From: the human T2T-CHM13v2.0 reference genome, Homo sapiens | Direction: 5' to 3' (one strand) | Length of the DNA: 64,000 bases | NCBI RefSeq assembly: GCF_009914755.1 | Contig: NC_060937.1 | Part shown: positions 60,101 through 64,000 of the stretch, piece by piece | How positions within the stretch are numbered: position 1 is the stretch's first letter | Layout of the letters: each line of letters begins with the position of its first letter | Program-made: the position numbers and the translations under genes | The notes under the pieces: generated by a model | Seen by the model: only the letters and a program-made list of their open reading frames with translations | Database searches by the model: none | What the model was told of the DNA's origin: nothing

Positions 60101-63100
60101 TATGAGATTACATCAAATATATATTATATTAGGTACATAAAATATGAAAGTACATCAGATATAGATTATATACTGTACATAAAATATCAAAGTACCCCAA
60201 ATATGTATTATATACTCTACATGAAATATCAAAGTTCGCAAACTATATATTATATACTGTACATAATATATCAAAGTACCCAAGGTATATATTCTATACT
60301 GTACAAAAAATATCAAAGTACCCAAAGCATGTAGTATATACTGTACATAAAATATCAAAGTACCCCAAATATATATTATATACTCTACATGAAATATCAA
60401 AGTTCACAAACTATATATTATATACTGTACATAAAATATCAAAGTACCCAAGTTATATATTCTATACTGTACAAAAAATATCAAAGTACACAAAGCATGT
60501 ATTATATACTGTATATAAAATATGAAAGTACATCAAATATATATTTTATTCTGTACATAAAATATCAAAGTACACCAGATATATATTCTATAGTGTACAT
60601 AAAATAACAAAGTACACAAACTATAAATTATATACTGTACATAAAATATGAAATTACATCAAATATATATTAGGTACATAAAATATGAATGTACATCAAC
60701 TATAGATTATATACTGTACATATAATATCAATGTACTCCAAATATATATTTTATACTCTACATGAAACATCAAAGTTCACAAACCATATATTTTATACTG
60801 TACATAAAATATCAAAGTACCCAAGGTATATATTCTATACTGTACAAAAAATATCAAAGTACCCAAAGCATATATTATATACTGTACATAAAATATGAAA
60901 GTACAACAAATATATATTTTATTCCGTACATAAAATATCAAAGTACACCAGATATATATTCTATAGTGTACATAAAATATCAAAGTACCCAAACTATACA
61001 TTATATACTGTACATAAAATATGAAATTACATCAAATATATATTATATTAGGTACATAAAATATGAAAGTACATCAAATATAGATTATATACTGTACATT
61101 AAATACCAAAGTACCCCAAATATATATTTTATACTCTACATGAAATATCAAAGTTCACAAACCATATATTATATACTGTACATAAAATATCAAAGTACCC
61201 AAGGTATATATTCTATACTGTACAAAAAATACCAAAGTACCCAAAGCATGTATTATATAATGTACATAACATATGAAAGTACATCAAATATATATTTTAT
61301 TCTGTACATGAAATATCAAAGTACACCAGATATATATTCTATATTGTACATAAAATATAAAAGTACCCAAACTATACATTATATACTGTACATAAAATAT
61401 GAAATTACATCAAATATATATTATATTAGGTACATAAAATACGAAAGTACATCAAACATAGATTATATACTGTACATAAAATATCAAAGTACCCCAAATA
61501 TATATTACATACTCTACATGAAATATCAAAGTTCACAAACTATATATTATATACTGTACATAAAATATCAAAGTACCCAAGGTACATATTCTGTACTGTA
61601 CAAAAAATATCAAAGTACCCAAAGCATGTATTATATACTGTATATAAAATATGAAAGTACATCAAATATATATTTTATTCTGTACGTAAAATATCAAAGT
61701 ACACCAGATATATATTCTATAGTGTACATAAAATAACAAAGTACAAAAACTATAAATTATATACTGTACATAAAATATGAAATTACATCAAATACATATT
61801 AGGTACATAAAATATGAAAGTACATCAAATATAGATTATGTACTGTACATAAAATATCAATGTACCCCAAATATATATTTTATACTCTACATGAAATATC
61901 AAAGTTCACAAACCATATATTAAATACTGTACATAAAATATCAAAGTAACCAAGGTATATATTCTATACTGTACAAAAAATACCAAAGTACCCAAAGCAT
62001 GTATTATATAATGTACATAACATATGAAAGTACATCAAATATATATTTTATTCTGTACATGAAATATCAAAGTACACCAGATATATATTCTATAGTGTAC
62101 ATAAAATATCAAAGTACCCAAACTATACATTATATACTGTACATAAAATATGAAATTACATCAAATATATATTATATTAGGTACATAAAATAAGAAAGAA
62201 CATCAAATGTAGATTATATACTGTATATAAAATATCAAAGTACCCCAAATATATATTATATACTCTACATGAAATATCAAAGTTCGCAAACTATATATTA
62301 TATACTGTACATAAAATATCAAAGTACCCAAGGTATATATTCTATACTGTACAAAAAATATCAAAGTACCCAAAGCATGTATTATATACTGTACATAAAA
62401 TATGAAAATACATTAAATATATATTTTATTCTGTACATAAAATATCAAAGTACTCCAGATATATATTCTATAGTGTACATAAAATAACAAAGTACACAAA
62501 GTATAAATTATATACTGTACGTAAAATATGAAATTACTTCAAATATATATTAGGTACATAAAATATGAAAGTACATCAAATATAGATTATATACTGTACA
62601 TATAATATCAATGTACCCCAAATATATATTTTATACTCTACATGAAATATCAAAGTTCACAAACCATACATTATATACTGTACATAAAATATCAAAGTAC
62701 CCAAGGTATATATTCTATACTGTGCAAAAAATATCGAAGTACCCAAAGCATGTATTATATACTGTATATAAAATATGAAAGTACATCAAATATATATTTT
62801 ATTCTGTACATAAAATATCAAAGTACACCAGATATATATTCTACAGTCTACATAAAATATCAAAGTACCCAAACTATACATTATATACTGTACATAAAAT
62901 ATGAAATTACATCAAATATATATTAGGTACATAAAATATGAAAGTACATCAAATATAGATTATATACTGTACATAAAATATCAAAGTACCCCAAATATAT
63001 ATTATATACTGTACATGAAATATCAAAGTTCACAAACTATATATTATATACTGTACATAAAATATCAAAGTACCCAAGGTATATATTCTATACTGTACAA

Positions 63101-64000
63101 AAAATATCAAAGTACCCAAAGCATGTATTATATACTGTACATAAAATATGAAAGTACATCAAGTATATATTTTATTCTGTACATAAAATATCAAAGTACA
63201 CCACATATATATTCTATAGTGTACATAAAATAACAAATTACACAAACTATACATTATATACTGTACATAAAATATGAAATTACATCAAATATATATTAGG
63301 TACATAAAATATGAAAGTACATCAAATATAGATTATATACTGTACATATAATATCAATGTACCCCAAATATATATTTTATACTCTACATGAAATATCAAA
63401 GTTCACAAACCATACATTATATACTGTACATAAAATATCAAAGTACCCAAGGTATATATTCTATACTATACAAAAAATATCAAAGTACCCAAAGCATGTA
63501 TTATATACTGTACATAAAATATGAAAGTACATCAAATATATATTTTATTCTGTACATAAAATATCAAAGTACACCAGATATATATTCTATAGTGTACATA
63601 AAATATCAAAGTTCCCATACTATACACTATATACTGTACATAAAATATGAAATTACATGAAATATATATTAGGTACATAAAATATGAAAGTACATCAAAT
63701 ATAGATTATATACTGTACATAAAATATCAAAGTACCCCAAATATATATTATATACTCTACATGAAATATCAAAGTTCACAAACTATATATTATATACTGT
63801 ACATAAAATATCAAAGTACCCAAGGTATATATTCTATACTGTACAAAAAATATCAAAGTACCCAAAGCATGTATTATATACTGTACATAAAATATGAAAA
63901 TACGTCAAATATATATTTTATTCTGTACATAAAATATCAAAGTACACCAGATATATATTCTATAGTGTACATAAAATAACAAAGTACACAAACTATACAT
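60100..64000 (+). repeat. Domain C (right part): 373/378-bp subtype resumes
   Basis: CACCAGAT, TAACAAAG, CTCTACATG and the 5-bp deletion return (about 60666, 61793, 62546, 62919, 63292, 63665). ORF starts at 62901 and 63647 are 746 = 2x373 apart. Confidence 0.85.

Larger units (their letters stand above)
1..64000 (+). repeat. Human satellite 1A (HSat1A / SAR / classical satellite I) tandem array, 42-bp monomer, single orientation
   Basis: Seen: the monomer GTACATAAAATAT(C/G)AAAGTAC...TATATA(T/C)ATTATATACT repeats every 42 bp from base 1 to 64000. Two GTAC (RsaI) sites per typical monomer give 17-bp ACATAAAATATCAAAGT and 25-bp ACCCAAACTATACATTATATACTGT pieces. Established: these are the A/B subunits of human satellite I, found at the chr3/chr4 centromeric regions and on the acrocentric short arms. 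The chromosome and species cannot be fixed from the sequence alone. Confidence 0.96.
1..64000 (+). repeat. 378-bp higher-order repeat (9 x 42 bp)
   Basis: The landmark AGGTAC (m2/m3 junction) recurs at about 463, 841, 1219 and 1597, a 378-bp spacing. The ORF translations cycle through nine distinct 14-aa blocks with a 126-aa period. This matches the known 9-mer organisation of HSat1A. Confidence 0.96.

Noticed and set aside
175-63979. Long + strand ORFs (up to 1140 aa) as genes for a repeat protein
   Set aside because: They are translations of a 42-bp satellite. There are no unique domains, starts and stops follow random variants, and frameshifts and nonsense changes are amplified along with the repeat.
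1-64000. CRISPR-like array (constant GTACATAAAATAT plus variable part)
   Set aside because: The variable parts are homologous to each other and cycle with period 9. There are no unique spacers, leader or cas genes.
1-64000. HSat1B/DYZ2, alpha satellite, HSat2/3 or telomeric repeat
   Set aside because: There is no Alu-derived 2.4-kb unit, no 171-bp monomer or CENP-B box, and no CATTC or TTAGGG repeats. TTAGGT occurs only once per 378 bp.
1-64000. Inversion or embedded transposon (L1/Alu) within the array
   Set aside because: Reading end to end, every line fits the monomer in the same orientation. I saw no reverse-complement monomers, GC-rich stretch or poly(A) tail.
1-64000. TATA boxes and short palindromes (TGTACA, TATATA, GTAC) as promoters, terminators or hairpins
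   Set aside because: They are integral to an AT-rich monomer, only 4-8 bp long, and have no other promoter or terminator context.
1-64000. Assignment to a specific chromosome or to a functional centromere core
   Set aside because: This cannot be determined without alignment. HSat1A occurs at several loci and is not the CENP-A-bearing alpha-satellite HOR.

Overview
The whole 64 kb window is one uninterrupted, same-orientation, very AT-rich tandem satellite array. It matches human/primate classical Satellite 1A (HSat1A; RepeatMasker 'SAR'). The monomer is 42 bp (e.g. GTACATAAAATATCAAAGTACCCAAACTATACATTATATACT), built from the classical 17+25 bp RsaI subunits, and is organised into a 378-bp 9-monomer repeat. 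I see no genes, RNA genes, transposons, CRISPR array, inversion or unique sequence. All ORFs are artefacts: 42 is a multiple of 3 and one + frame of the consensus has no stop codon. The real information is in the variant architecture. (A) A heterogeneous left domain, about 1-15.8 kb, carries older 1512-, 2142- and about 9322-bp offset duplications. (B) A highly homogeneous central domain, about 15.8-45.1 kb, is built on a 2141-bp 51-mer (6x378 - 126 - 1), with truncated variants and a near-identical 10,076-bp tandem duplication. (C) A right domain, about 48.6-64 kb, has its own diagnostic variants and a 5-bp deletion giving 373-bp units, and is interrupted by an island of B-like sequence at about 57.8-60.1 kb. 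One speculative functional lead: the A-rich strand carries the Pumilio element TGTACATA in 6 of 9 monomers, and some variants create AATAAA/ATTAAA hexamers. I found no evidence of a protein-coding novel system. Monomer numbering used below, by translation of the open frame: m1 QSTQTIH, m2 EITSNIYYIR, m3 ESTSNI(D/N), m4 QSTPNIYY, m5 MKYQSSQT, m6 QSTQGIYS, m7 KKYQSTQSM, m8 ESTSNIYF, m9 QSTPNIYS.
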